Source: Eledone cirrhosa
Taxonomy: Eukaryota
Length of the DNA stretch: 64,000 nucleotides
NCBI GenBank assembly: GCA_964016885.1
Contig: OZ024761.1
Coordinates: forward strand, 6,200,001 to 6,264,000
Reading direction: 5' to 3'
Positions 27,491-42,068 of the stretch are shown in pieces; the first letter of the stretch is position 1; each line of letters opens with the position of its first letter. The notes under the pieces are model-generated. The model did not search any database, was not told the DNA's origin, and worked only from the letters and a program-made list of their open reading frames with translations. The position numbers and the translations under genes are program-made.

Positions 27491-27728
27491 GTGTTTGTAT
27501 GTGTGTCTGTTTGTGTGGGTGTGTGTGTGTCTGTCTATTTGTGTGTGGGTGTGTTTGTGTGTGTGTGTGTCTGTGTGTGTGTGTTTGTGTGTGTGTGTCT
27601 GTTTGTGTGTGGGTGTGTTTGTGTGTATGTGTCTGTGTGTGGGTGTGTTTGTGCGTCTGTTTGTGTGTGTGTTTGTGTGTGTTTGTCTGTTTGTGTGTGT
27701 GTGTCTGTTTGTGTGTGTTTGTCTGTTC

Positions 27729-27761
<33 letters not shown>

Positions 27762-27799
27762 TGTGTGTGTGTGTCTGTTTGTGTGTGTGTGTCTGTTCG

Positions 27800-27832
<33 letters not shown>

Positions 27833-27853
27833 TTGTGTGTGTGTGTCTGTTTG

Positions 27854-27888
<35 letters not shown>

Positions 27889-29180
27889 GTTTGTGTTTAT
27901 ATTGAAAATATGAACTCTGACTTCGATGTTTCGCCAAGGAAGGCTTGTCATCAACATATTTTGTAAGACTTCCTCCACTCAGCATTGAGATCAGTTTTTT
28001 GAAGGAAAATAAAATAATAATAGACTCACGTATTGAGTACTTCATTCAGTTTTCAGTCTTCTTAGTTATTAAAACGATTATTAATTGTTGAAAGACACAC
28101 ACACACACATCTGTGTGTGTGTGTCATAGGTGTGTGTGTGATAGATGTGTGTGTGTGTGTGTGTGATAGATGTGTGTGTGTGTGATAGGTGTGTGTGTGA
28201 TAGATGTGTGTGTGATAGGTGTGTGTGTGTGTGATAGATGTGTGTGTGTGTGTAATAGGTGTGTGTGTGATAGATGTGTGTGTGATAGGTGTGTGTGTGT
28301 GTGATAGATGTGTGATAGGTGTGTGTGTGTGTGTGATAGATGTGTGTGTGATAGGTGTGCGTTTGATAGGTGTGTGTGTGATAGGTGTATGTGTGATAGA
28401 TGTGTGTGTGTGTGTGATATATGTGTGTGTGATAGGTGTGTGTGTGACAGATGTGTTTGTGATAGATGTGTGTGTGTGATAGGTGTGTGTGTGTGATATG
28501 TGTGGTGGCGGTGGCGGTGGTACTTTGTATGTATGTGTATGTATGTATGTGTGTATGTGTGCATGTATATGTGTATGTAAATATGTGTACATATGTATGT
28601 GTATATATGTATGTATGTATGTGTGTATGTATATGTATGTATGTAAGTGTGTGCATGTATATGTGTATGTGTAAATATGTGAACATATGTATGTATATGT
28701 ATGTATGTATGTATGTATGTAAGTATGTGTATATGTATGTATGTAAGTATGTGTGCATGTATATGTGTATGTGTAAATATGTGTACATATATATGTATAT
28801 GTATATGTAAGTATGTGTGCATGTGTGTATGTGTAAATATGTGTACATATGTATGTATATGTATGTATGTGTGTATGTATATGTATATGTATGTATGTGT
28901 GCATGTATATGTGTATGTGTAAATATGTGTACATATGTATGTATATGTATATGTAAGTATGTGTGCATGTGTGTATGTGTAAATATGTGTACATATGTAT
29001 GTATATGTAAGTATGTGTGTATGTATATGTATATGTATGTATGTGTGTATGTATGTGTATGTGTAAATATGTGTACATATGTATGTATATGTATATGTAT
29101 ATGTGTGTATGTGTGCATGTATGTATGTGTGTATGTGTGCATGTGTATGTGTATGTGTAAATATGTGTACCTATGTATGT
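26900..29180. repeat. degenerate (GT)n and (TATG)n tracts
   Basis: direct reading; a short non-repetitive gap at ~27900-28090. Confidence 0.9.
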
Positions 29181-29370
29181 GTCTACAAACGTCAAGGATT
29201 TATGACTGTTTCACCAGCTCTAGATGTTTGAATCATTCATTGTTCATGTTATTGTTGTTGTCGTTGTTGTCACTGTTTGTAGATGAAACCTGCCCATCAC
29301 ACACACACACACACACACACATACACACACACACACACACACACATACATATATATACATTACACTCTCT

Positions 29371-29419
<49 letters not shown>

Positions 29420-29679
29420 AAAGATAACAAGGACGATTGGTTACTCCTTCATTACATTTATTGGTTGGTGACGCGCGTTTCGCCACTGATCAGCTCAAGG
29501 TTCGATCTGTATCGATCTACCCGACTCTGCAATCTGCAGCTCGACGGACCCCTTGAAATGCTAGTAGAAAATACACTCTGTAATACACTCTGTATAGCTC
29601 TACACCTCATCACAGAAGTGAACCTAAACATCGAGTGCTCTCCCGGGTGAACCTGCAGTAACTCCAACTTACACACCCT

Positions 29680-29758
<79 letters not shown>

Positions 29759-29925
29759 AACGAGTAGGACCCCGCCTGCCAGAATTAGCCGTCGAAACGG
29801 CTTGAGCTCAGCCGTCGGGGTCCTACTCGTTCCTATTACCCACTCTACTACCCTAAGTATTGAGTACTTTGGTGCGTTATGGTCCACCTGGTTCCTTACC
29901 ACATTTCTTTCGTTATATATATATA

Positions 29926-29957
<32 letters not shown>

Positions 29958-30039
29958 GCAAAAGTTTTATTTAAAATTGTTGGGTTACAACAAGTAAATA
30001 TTTTATAACTGATATAAAGCACTCGACAAGTTTTTGGAG

Positions 30040-30151
30040 TAGATATACGATATTAAGCAAATGGAAACTATATTTATAAAACCATATTTAAATGTATAAT
30101 GAAATAAATATGGTTTTATAAATATAGTTTCTATTTGTTTAATATCGTATA
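30040..30151. repeat. fold-back of the 45.9 kb/61.9 kb element family
   Basis: tatacgatattaa..ataaaaccatattta / taaatatggttttat..ttaatatcgtata. Confidence 0.75.
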
Positions 30152-30231
30152 TATATATATATATATATATTTGATATATATTTATCCTTATTGAGCCCTC
30201 TTTGGATTTTAGTCTTCAAATTTATTATAAT

Positions 30232-30265
<34 letters not shown>

Positions 30266-30383
30266 TAAAAGAGAAAACACAGGTAAGCATTAATAGAAGG
30301 ATTTTATCCAGGTATTTATGACCGACGAACTGGATAACAAAAAGCAATTTTATGCTTCCCTAACTATATATATATATATATAT

Positions 30384-30443
30384 TAGGTCTTCTAAATGTT
30401 TATTATAAACATACAGAATATTTTCGAATATTCTATGTCTATA

Positions 30444-30450
<7 letters not shown>
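30384..30450 (-). mobile_element. dispersed fragment of the 310-bp tandem unit
   Basis: reverse complement of ~62088-62156 (gaatatagacatagaatattcgaaaatattctgtatgtttataataaacatt..gaagacctaat). Confidence 0.85.
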
Positions 30451-30475
<25 letters not shown>

Positions 30476-30478
<3 letters not shown>

Positions 30479-30672
30479 CGGGTAGAATTCCCGAGATCCA
30501 TGGACGAGTTCTCTCCAGCGGTCTCTGTCCCTCATTATCGGTGCCATGTCCCGCGTCTCCAAGAGACCAGTGTCTGTCCTTAGGGCATCGACATATGTTA
30601 ACCTCGGTCTTCCTCTACCAGTTTGTCCATGCACGGGCTCCCACGGGAGCACCGAGTCCAGTGTCAACTCTG
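30476..30672 (-). mobile_element. RTE-type LINE 3' fragment
   Basis: [36 protein letters not shown]; copies at 33357-33595, 36263-36312 and 48823-48940. Confidence 0.75.
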
Positions 30673-30690
30673 GATATACATATGTGTATG

Positions 30691-31274
30691 TATATAACTA
30701 TTATGCAATATACACCTGTTGATGTCACTAGGTTCAGACGTAACTTAGCCACTAAAATGCGTATAGTGCTTGCAGAAATAAAAATTTGAAGGAATACAAC
30801 CTGTATAGTCTCGTGTCACTCCCGTTCCCGCAACACCAACAAGATTCAACATCAAAGATGGGTGAGATGTGTAACGTCGAGTGCTTTCGTAATACTACAT
30901 GATGATTATCATTGAAAAATGACCAATTCTACTCAGTGGTACAGAAAAGTTAAGCGTGTATATATATATATATATATATATACACGCTTAACTTTTCTGT
31001 ACCACTGAGTAGAATTGGTCATTTTTCAATGATAATCATCATGTAGTATTACGAAAGCACTCGACGTTACACATCTCACCCATCTTTGATGTTGAATCTT
31101 GTTGGTGTTGCGGGAACGGGAGTGAAATTTTATTATAGGGTAAAATGACACGAGACTATACAGGTTGTATTCCTTCAAATTTTTATTTCTGCAAGCACTA
31201 TACGCATTTTAGTGGCTAAGTTACGTCTGAACCTAGTGACATCAACAGGTGTATATTGCATAATAGTTATATAC
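30691..31274. repeat. long fold-back palindrome centred on a (TA)n tract
   Basis: arms 30691-30958 and 30982-31274 are reverse complements apart from a ~24-bp indel. Confidence 0.92.
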
Positions 31275-31438
31275 CAAAGGAATGATGGTAAACTTATTCC
31301 AAGAGACTATAAGGAGAAAAAAAGGTTGTTTTTGTTGTTGTTTTTGATTCGAAGGCGATCGTAGACCGTCGCCGTACTTTCGGTGGACCGCTTCGGAGTC
31401 CCACTCATTTTACCCCATATATATATACACACACACAG

Positions 31439-31542
<104 letters not shown>

Positions 31543-31717
31543 ATGTATGTATGTATGTATGTATGTATGTATGTATGTATATGTATATATATTTACGTGA
31601 CAACACAAGAGCGAGAGTGAGGGCTCATTCTACTAACATGGCTTATAAAATAGGCTGTGTGCATCATTGCTAACGAATCGAATATTATTAATAATATTCG
31701 AAAAACTAGATTACATT

Positions 31718-31760
<43 letters not shown>

Positions 31761-32453
31761 CAAAAGGGTCCCAAATAATAGCGTTTCTATGTGTGGAATA
31801 AGCGGGGTGTTGTGGGGGGATCAGAAATTGTTCTTGGCTGCCTCCGTTGATTCTTTAAAACCAGAATTAGTCGCTTAGTTTACATATTGGGACTCCAGCT
31901 CATCCTATCTATTTGCCAACATATGGCATTTCTTGTAATGTACTTTTTTTTGTTGTCATTTATAATGTTTTACAATGTGTAAAGAAAATTAATTGTTGCA
32001 GGAATGTTACCCCGTGAAATGAAATTTCCCGGGAGATAGATAATCAAATTTTAATAAGCGGGGTGAGAGGATAAGAGTGGGGGTGGTTGGAAAACATCTA
32101 AAAAATTAATAAGCGCGTGGAGCAAGGATTGGAGACCCGAGATTAAATCACCACTGGTCCCTGTCAATTATTATCACCACACTTGATGTTGTCATTGACG
32201 GCGTTCGACTGTTTTAGCAGTTACTCCTTGCAAAAGATTTTTATAATTATTTCTATGAATTTCATATATATAGAAGTATTTTTCTCTAACTTTCCAACCT
32301 CTCTCTCTCCGAAATTTGTCCTTTCTGATAAAGGACTTATGTCCGAAACGTTGAGATATTTATTTCTTTATCTGTTTTGTTTATCTTCATTCAGAAGCGT
32401 GAACCTAATAAGACTGCAATTTTGCATACCTGTTTGTTTCGTTTATTCTTGAA

Positions 32454-32501
<48 letters not shown>

Positions 32502-32699
32502 CGAAGGAAATGTGGTCAGGAATCAGGTGGACCATAACGCACCAAAGTACTCAATACTTAGGGTAGTAGAGTGGGTAATATGAACGAGTAGGACCCCGAC
32601 GGCTGAGCTCAAGCCGTTTCGACGGCTAATTCTGGACTAAAATAGTCCAGAATTACCCGTCGAAACGGCTTGAGCTCAGCCGTCGGGGTCCTACTCGTT

Positions 32700-32775
<76 letters not shown>

Positions 32776-32783
32776 ATATAGAT

Positions 32784-32885
32784 ATGGCTTCCACAGGAGT
32801 AGAACTGTTTCATTCGAAGGAAATCATCAGGGCTTTCCTGATGATTTCCTTCGAATGAAACAGTTCTACTCCTGTAGAAGCCATT
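32784..32885. ncRNA. head-to-head HHR pair; the + copy (32831-32882) is intact
   Basis: ggctttc-CTGATGA-tttccttcgaat-GAAA-cag..ctg-TA-gaagcc; the - copy has GTG at the cleavage triplet. Confidence 0.75.
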
Positions 32886-32958
32886 TCCATATTAAATATT
32901 TACATTCTTTTATGTATTGAGTACCTTTCTTACTGTGGTTACCTCCGAATAAACCTGG

Positions 32959-33094
<136 letters not shown>

Positions 33095-33309
33095 TATGAA
33101 GTAAAATGACAGGGGGGTCAGACAGGTTGAATTCACTTAATTATTTATTCCTGCAAACACATTTCAGGGGCCAGGCTGCGTATGAACCAGTATGATTCAA
33201 CCTCAAAGATGGATGAGTTGCATAACCTCGAGTGCTTTCCTCATATTACATCATGAGTAACATTGCAGAATGATCAATTCTTCCCAGTAGTGAACCATCA
33301 AATTTAAAC

Positions 33310-33356
<47 letters not shown>

Positions 33357-33357
<1 letters not shown>

Positions 33358-33591
33358 AAGGCGGGTAAAATTCCCGAGATCCATGGACGAGTTCTCTCCA
33401 GCGGTCTCTGTCCCTCATTATCGCTGCCATATCCTGCATCTCCAACAGACCAGTGTCTGTCCTTAGGGCATCAACATATGTTAACCTTGGTCTTCCTCTT
33501 CTAGTGTGACTATGCAGGGGCTCCCAAAGGAGCACTGAGTGCAATGTCAACTCTGGATGCCAGTGAGCATGTCCAGCCAGCCTCAGTCTTC

Positions 33592-33595
<4 letters not shown>
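33357..33595 (-). mobile_element. RTE-type LINE 3' fragment
   Basis: QRRLRLAGHAHWHPELTLHSVLLWEP..RGRPRLTYVD..; bracketed by (TA)n. Confidence 0.8.
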
Positions 33596-33650
<55 letters not shown>

Positions 33651-33772
33651 ATTATAATAATAGTAATAATAATAAATTTGAAAACTAAAATCCAAAGAGG
33701 GCTCGATAAGGATAAATATATATCAAATATATAAGAACCGTAGAGCAAATATTTATTAAAATAACAGATTAA

Positions 33773-33823
33773 AGTTTAAGCAAAGAATCGCTGCTTTCAC
33801 CCTTAACGGGATCTTCTGAAACT
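33773..33823 (-). ncRNA. degenerate hammerhead ribozyme
   Basis: agttt-CAGAAGA-tcccgttaagggt-GAAA-gca..tgc-TT-aaact; one core mutation; truncated copy at 40955-41000 (+). Confidence 0.55.
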
Positions 33824-33942
33824 AACAAAGTCAATCTGTAAACGCAGAAGTGAATATTTCAAAAAACGTTGCAACCGGAGGAAGACAGGAAGACGATACT
33901 TTGGTTCGTGGAAACGTTCCCTGGCAAAGAACGGGAACAAAC

Positions 33943-33971
<29 letters not shown>

Positions 33972-33979
<8 letters not shown>

Positions 33980-34214
33980 ATAAAAGAGAAAACACAGGTA
34001 AGCATTAAGAGAAGGATTTTATCCAGGTATTTACGACCGTTTCATTGGTAAGTTCACTATTTTGAAAATTTGGAATGTGAACAACAATTATAATTGAGTG
34101 GCTGCTATTTGCAGTATAGTAATATAAGGTTGCACTTACCAATGAAACGGTCGTAAATACCTGGATAAAATCCTTCTCATAATGCTTACCTGTGTTTTCT
34201 CTTTATACTTTATA
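33972..34214. repeat. fold-back with HHR 3' halves, inverted about stem II
   Basis: arms ~33972-34053 and ~34131-34214; acttaccaat-GAAA-cggtcg-TA-aatacc. Confidence 0.8.
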
Positions 34215-34361
34215 CTCCAAGATTGAACGGAATTCTTTCAAACTTGTGGAGTTACCCCTAACCGTACCTTGAAACCATCCACGAAACTGGCTTTCTTAAC
34301 CAAGAACTGGATCACAATAAGCAATTTTTTGCTTCTCTAACTATATATATATATACAGTTG

Positions 34362-34421
<60 letters not shown>

Positions 34422-34466
34422 GTATAGTTGTCCACTATATATATATATATAGTGGACAACTATATA

Positions 34467-34516
<50 letters not shown>

Positions 34517-34560
34517 GTATAGTTGTCCACTATATATATATATATATATATATAGTGGAC

Positions 34561-34608
<48 letters not shown>

Positions 34609-34611
34609 GTC

Positions 34612-34649
<38 letters not shown>

Positions 34650-34708
34650 CAAGGCTCTGATGCCATCAACACTATAAGCATAGAGCTGGCATATCTAAGA
34701 ACTGACTA

Positions 34709-34765
34709 ACAGCCTGATGAGGTCATAGCCATTCAATGGCTATCATTAAAATATATGTAGCAGTA
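34709..34765 (+). ncRNA. degenerate hammerhead (family of 5477-5535)
   Basis: CTGATGA-ggtcatagccatt/aatggctatcatt, with GAAA mutated to AAAA. Confidence 0.5.
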
Positions 34766-34832
34766 AATAAAGGATTATGAGTTCATGCAATTGACTTATA
34801 TTTCGTCACTATATATATATACAGTTGTCCAC

Positions 34833-34875
<43 letters not shown>

Positions 34876-34880
34876 TTGTC

Positions 34881-34924
<44 letters not shown>

Positions 34925-34929
34925 TTGTC

Positions 34930-34971
<42 letters not shown>

Positions 34972-35059
34972 ATACTTGGGGAGGGTCGTATTGTTATAAT
35001 ATTGCCATAAATAATTGTTTCTACGTTTGGCACAAAGGCTGCAAATACGCAGTACATTA

Positions 35060-35505
35060 CCAGACGGCTAGAGTGGGTCCGTAGCTTTGGTTAGCGACTA
35101 CTCTAGTGCTTGCAACACGAACAATTAGGGCGAGGGTATAAATGCCAGGTTGGTATCTGGCGCCGGGTAACCCACCACATGGAGGAGAAAGCACCTTCTT
35201 CAAGACTTGGCTGTCAAATTCTTTCACATGTGTGTAGTAGTGGCGCCCACACACATTATTAGCTATTTGAAAAGATGATGGATTTCGCAACTAACTGCAC
35301 CAGGGTTCCTGTCCCTCAGGGAACCACACTATATGGTATACCTGTTGATATAGGTCCAGCCCCTGCTTTCCCGGGTCCTGTTTCTGATCATAATCATCTC
35401 TAGGGATACGGGAATCAGTAGACAGGACCTGGGGGCAAGGGAATTTTGGGGCATGAGAGTGAGATCCATCATCTCGACAGTAGTCGAAGAAAGATGATGA
35501 TGACA
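35060..35505 (+). mobile_element. probable non-autonomous RTE-related element
   Basis: RTE 5' UTR-like gtagctttggttagcgactactctag and a tail ccatcatctcgacagtagtcgaagaaa(gat)n. Confidence 0.4.
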
Positions 35506-35648
35506 TTACTGGTACCTTATGTTATCGACCTCGTAAGGATGAAAGGCAAAGTTAACCTCGGCGAGATTTGAACTCAGACTGTAAAGGGACGTAACTATGC
35601 TGGAAAGCATGGCGTCCGACCTTATACCGATACTGCCAATTCACCGCC
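35506..35648 (-). mobile_element. tRNA-derived SINE
   Basis: reverse complement of the 1083-1241 family. Confidence 0.85.
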
Positions 35649-35973
35649 TGATATATTGCCAGAAATAATAACAGAACACACTCACTGTTTGGTTGGTTTT
35701 CTCTTCTGTATCTTTTATATCTCCATAGTTAATTTATTTGACAATCAATGTTTATCATTGACTGACCAGCGGTTAAAGATACAGATATAAATATATATAT
35801 ATATAGACTATATATACACATATATATATATATAGACTATATATACACATATATATATAGACTATATATACACATATATATATATAGACTATCAAAGTTC
35901 TGCAACATCATCAGTGGTACTATTATGTTTCCTCCCATTATATTGTAATGTCTACGCCTTTGTTTTTAAATAA

Positions 35974-36008
<35 letters not shown>

Positions 36009-36027
36009 AATATATATATATATATAA

Positions 36028-36067
<40 letters not shown>

Positions 36068-36079
36068 GGAACCAGTAAG

Positions 36080-36173
36080 ACCCCGACAGCTGAGCTCAAG
36101 CCGTTTCGACGGCTAATTCTGGACTAAATGAAAATTTATCCTGGTATTTAAATAGCCGATCTTCTCAAGGGGT
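36080..36173 (-). ncRNA. unfolded family A copy: variant-core hammerhead
   Basis: acccc-TTGAGAAGA-tcggcta...tagccgtc-GAAAC-ggct..agct-GTC-ggggt. Confidence 0.5.
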
Positions 36174-36312
36174 AATTCCATATATGGTCAAAGTGATTGT
36201 CAAAAATCAGTAGTAATTCTGTGGTTGCAAATTAGTAGGGGAGATGGTGGCTAAATAGACAAGTGTCTGTCCTTAGGGCATCAACATACGTTAACCTTGG
36301 TCTTCCTCTTCT

Positions 36313-37095
<783 letters not shown>

Positions 37096-37202
37096 TATAT
37101 TACTATCTTGACCCTTACTATCTCCTGATTGGTCAATTCAAAACCTGTTCCCAAACAGACCTATTGTATTGAATCTTTGTTATTTTCAATAAACAAATAT
37201 CA

Positions 37203-37377
37203 TTATCGGTAGAGGGTCGGACGCCATGCTTTGACGCATAGAGTTACGGCCCTTGCCATTCTGAGTTCAAATCCCGCCGAGGTTAACTTTGCCTTTCATC
37301 CTTATGGGGTCGATAAAATAAAGTACCAGTAATACACTGGGTAATTGCTGGCCTTGTGCCAAAAGTAGAAACAATTA
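37203..37377 (+). mobile_element. tRNA-derived SINE
   Basis: B-box gagttcaaatcc, shared core, tail ggccttgtgccaaaagtagaaacaat. Confidence 0.88.
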
Positions 37378-37573
37378 TTTCTGAAGGCAGCATATATATG
37401 TGTAGGTATGTATATTTCCTCTGATAGTTTGTATAAATATTGTACATAGATCTATAGAATATGCATACCAACTCTAACACATATATATCCTAGAAACGAT
37501 CGTAAAATGATCAATTTTTTTTAATATAAGGAACTGTTTCTTTGTTTATTAATTACGTTATTAATTTATGTAT

Positions 37574-37604
<31 letters not shown>

Positions 37605-37605
37605 G

Positions 37606-37649
<44 letters not shown>

Positions 37650-37778
37650 GTAATATGTGTTTTTCGAATATTAATAATAACATTCGATTCGTTTGCAATT
37701 ATGCAAACAAGCCTCATTTTTAAAGCGATGTCAGTAGAATGAGCCCCTCATTCTTGCTCTTGTGTTGGCATGTAAACA

Positions 37779-37828
37779 GAACTGCAGACACTAATATTTC
37801 TGGGTATTACCCTTCATCAGTACAGCTC
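37779..37828 (-). ncRNA. type I hammerhead ribozyme
   Basis: gagctgta-CTGATGA-agggt aat accc-aGAAA-tattagtg-TC-tgcagttc (8-bp stem I with G-U pairs). Confidence 0.75.
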
Positions 37829-37975
37829 ACTGTTCACCTGCCAACTGTCAGAACTAGTGAAAATATATGATATTTTCTAAAATATACAGTGACTGATCGG
37901 GAGTTCTGTTCTGTTCAGGAACGATATATATCGTGTACCGTGCTGTTACTCTAGGTTAAACAGAGTGTAAATATA

Positions 37976-38153
37976 ATAATTGTTTCTACTTTAGGCCCAA
38001 GGCCAGCAATTACCCAGTGCATTACTGGTACTTTATTTTATCGACCCCGTAAGGATGAAAGGCAAAGTCAACCTCGGCGGGATTTGAACTCAGATCGTAA
38101 AGGGACGTAACTATGCTGCAAAGCATGACGTCTGACCCTCTACCGATACTGCA
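37976..38153 (-). mobile_element. tRNA-derived SINE
   Basis: reverse complement of 37203-37377. Confidence 0.88.
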
Positions 38154-38158
38154 AATAT

Positions 38159-38344
38159 ATAATAATAAAAGGACGATTTGTTATACCTTCATTACGTTTA
38201 TTGAATAGTGACGCGCGTTTCGCTATTGATCAACTCAAGGTTCAATCTGTATCGATGTGAACCTTGAGCTGATCAATAGCGAAACGCGCGTCACTACCGT
38301 ATAAACGTAATGAAGGCATAACAAACAGTCCTTTTATTATTATT
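38159..38344. repeat. fold-back with GAAACgcgcGTC HHR 3' halves
   Basis: palindrome centred ~38250; unfolded relative at 29430-29520. Confidence 0.8.
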
Positions 38345-38639
38345 AAAGAATATAGAAATAATAAAATGGTAAGTATTTCTCCGGCGCTCTACTAACTCAC
38401 CCAGCCCACCTTCCTATGAAATATGAAGTATACACGTGTGGCAAACATCCAAAAAGGATGGGTATTGAAATATATTTCTGTGAGTGGCAACTTGTCATGT
38501 TCGTCAGAAGAATGGTACAACTCCCAGGCTTGTTGGTTGTGAAGGAGGTGGATGGCGGACGGGTGGGGTTGAAGGGAGTTAAAGGGGTTAAATGTCCTGT
38601 CATGTTCTCAGAATCTTATTCCAAATTTACCATTTATTC

Positions 38640-40496
38640 ACAACCGCCACCACCACAGGCACCACTACCACCACCACTACCACCACCACCACCATCACCA
38701 CCACAGCCACCATTACTACCACTACCACTACTACAACCATCACCACCGCTACCACCACCACCATCACTACCACCACCACTATTACCACTATTACCAACAC
38801 CACCATCACTACCACCACTGCCATTACCACCACTACCACCACTACCACAACCACAACCACTACCACCACCACCACAACTCCTACCACCGTCACCACCACC
38901 AGCACAGCCATCATTACCACCACCACCACAACCACAAACACCACTACCATCACAACTACCACCACTACCATCACAACTACCACGACTACACCACTACACC
39001 ACCCCAACAACCACCACTACACCACCCCAACAACCACCTCTACACCACCAATACACCACCACCACCCCAACACCGCTACCACAATAACTCCACTACCACC
39101 ATTCCCCCAACACCTCCCTCATCCTGTCATTTCCCCCTCCCTGTCTCACAGTTATCACCTCCTCTTCCTTTCCTCTCCTTTACATTTAACCTCTCCCCTC
39201 CCCCTTTTACTCCTATTTAACATAAAAACTATTTTCTCCCTCTAATTGAAACTACCACCGACACTGTCTCTTTAACCACTACCACCTCCACTACAACTAC
39301 GACTACAACCGCCACCACCACAACAACAACCACCACTACCACCACCACCACTACCACAACAGCCACCACTACCACCACTACCACAACAGCCACCACTACC
39401 ACCACCACCACTACCACAACAGCCACCACTACCACCACCACCACTACCACAACAGCCACCACTATCACCACCACCACCACCACCACCACCACAACAACAA
39501 CCACCACCACCACCACTACCACAACAGGCACCACTACCACCACCACCACCACCACAACAACAACAACTACCACTACCACCACCACCACCACCACCACAAC
39601 AGGCACCACTACCACCACCATCACTACCACAAAAGCCACCACTACCACCACCACCACCACCACCACAACAACCACCACTACCACCACCACCACCACTACC
39701 ACAACAGGCACCACTACCACCACCACCACTACCACCACCACTACCACCACCACCACCACCACAACAACCACCACTACCACCACCACCACCACTACCACCA
39801 CCACCACCACCACTACCACAACAGGCACCACTACCACCACCATCACTACCACAAAAGCCACCACTACCACCACCACCACCACCACAACAACAACCACCAC
39901 TACCACCACCACCACCACTACCACAACAGGCACCACTACCACCACCACCACTACCACCACCACTACCACCACCACCACCACCACAACAACAACCACCACT
40001 ATCACCACCACCACCACCACCACCACCACCACAACAACCACCACTACCACCACCACCACCACTACCACAACAGGCACCACTACCACCACCACCACTACCA
40101 CCACCACTACCACCACCACCACCACCACCACCATCACTACCACCACCACCACTACCACAACAACCACCACCACCACCATCACTACCACCACCACCACTAC
40201 CACAACAACCACCACTACCACCACCACCACCACTACCACCACCACCACCACAACCATCACTACCACCACCACCACTACCACAACAGCCACCACCACCACC
40301 ACCACCACCACCACCACAACAACCACCACCACCACTACCACAACAGCCACCACTACCACCACCACTACCACCACCACCACCACTACCACCACCACCACCA
40401 CCACCACCACCACTACCACCACCACTACCACCACCACCACCACCACCACCACCACCACCACCACTACCACCACCACCACCACCACCACCACCACCA
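38640..40496. repeat. (CCA)n-rich tracts
   Basis: direct reading; source of the poly-T/P/V ORFs. Confidence 0.92.
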
Positions 40497-40532
40497 TTAT
40501 AAACGTCCCGTTACTTAAACATCTCATTTATT

Positions 40533-40619
<87 letters not shown>

Positions 40620-40629
<10 letters not shown>

Positions 40630-40783
40630 GACATACCCATGCAGGCTCACACACACATACAGACATACACATGCAGGCTCACACACACATACAGACATAC
40701 ACATGCAGGCTCACACACACATACAGACATACACATGCAGGCTCACACACACATACAGACATACCCATGCAGGCTCACACATA
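40620..40783. repeat. 32-bp minisatellite, ~5 copies
   Basis: acacacatacagacatacacatgcaggctcac tandem. Confidence 0.85.
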
Positions 40784-40825
40784 CGCTCTTTACCAACGAC
40801 CAGTGAAGTCATTCTTTTCCTTATA

Positions 40826-40957
<132 letters not shown>

Positions 40958-41089
40958 ATCCCGTTAAGGGTGAAAGCAGCGATTCTTTGCTCAAACTTTA
41001 ATATATATATATGTATGTGTATCTGTCTGTGTGCGTGTGTATGTATATGTATATATATACATATATATGTGTATATAAGGAAAAAGAAT

Positions 41090-41593
41090 GTAACCCAGTA
41101 CAGCCTGTCGCATGGTCGGGTCGTCGGCGACTAAACCGGCAACCCCACCAAGTTTACTTGGTGAGGAGGGGGATTTTGGACACCCTGCAGGACAAAAAAC
41201 AAAACCTGACAAATGGCGGAAGAACTCATAAGAGTCAACGGCCATCCGAAAGTGTGTAGATATGTATATACACATGTACCGCACAGTTAAACCACTGGGA
41301 GTGAAGGACCCCTAGCCTTTGTCAGGACATTCTTCTAGGAGAGGGCCACTCAGGAAACTGGGATAACTCCGACATAAAACCTGCGGCTCAGTAGTTACCG
41401 ATGATGTTGATCTTTTCTTCTTTTAGGTTTATAGCTACTGTCGCTCAAAGAGTGGGATTGGCTCAGTGCACAGTCTTTCCTCACTTTAAAAAATATCTTC
41501 ATGCTCAGGCATTGCACGATAGAATTAATTAATAATTATTAATAATGGTATATCGTGCAATGGCCATACTCAATAATGAGGGGGCAGTCATCA
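41090..41593 (+). mobile_element. bipartite non-autonomous RTE derivative
   Basis: head homologous to 9680-9821, RTE 5' UTR motif at 41310-41345, tail tggccatactcaataatgagggggcagtcatca. Confidence 0.7.
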
Positions 41594-41660
41594 TATATAT
41601 ATATATATACATATAATAAACAAGAAAGACGGTTTCATTTGCCCATCCCTATATATTTTG

Positions 41661-41746
<86 letters not shown>

Positions 41747-41772
41747 GAGAGAAAGAGAGAGAGAGAGAGAGA

Positions 41773-41858
41773 GAAATGGCTTCTACAGGACGAGAACTGT
41801 TTCATTCGAAGGACATCATCAGGAAATGAAACAGTTCTAGTCCTGTGGAAGCCATTTC
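41773..41858. ncRNA. fold-back containing an HHR on the - strand (41781-41825)
   Basis: ttc-CTGATGA-tgtccttcgaat-GAAA-cag..ctg-TA-gaa; family of 26150 and 32831. Confidence 0.65.
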
Positions 41859-42068
41859 CATATTAAATATTTATACTCTACTATGTATTGAGTACCTTAC
41901 TTACTGTGGTTACCCCCGATTGAACTCGGGACTCATATATATATATATATAGATAGAGAGAATTAGTACATTTACCAACATATGTGTACAGATGTTCACC
42001 TATGCTAGCAAATATATATGTTATGTCTTAGTACCTTTGTGGTTTTATGCAGGGGGATGCAGAACAAT

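Noticed and set aside
31760-32145. Tc1/pogo-like MITE with aataagcgggg sub-repeats
   Set aside because: Only one plausible terminus is visible, so it cannot be supported
32320-32356. CTGATAA-ggac ttat gtcc-GAAACGT as a functional HHR
   Set aside because: Core G mutated and stem I weak; probably a decayed relic, so not listed as a feature
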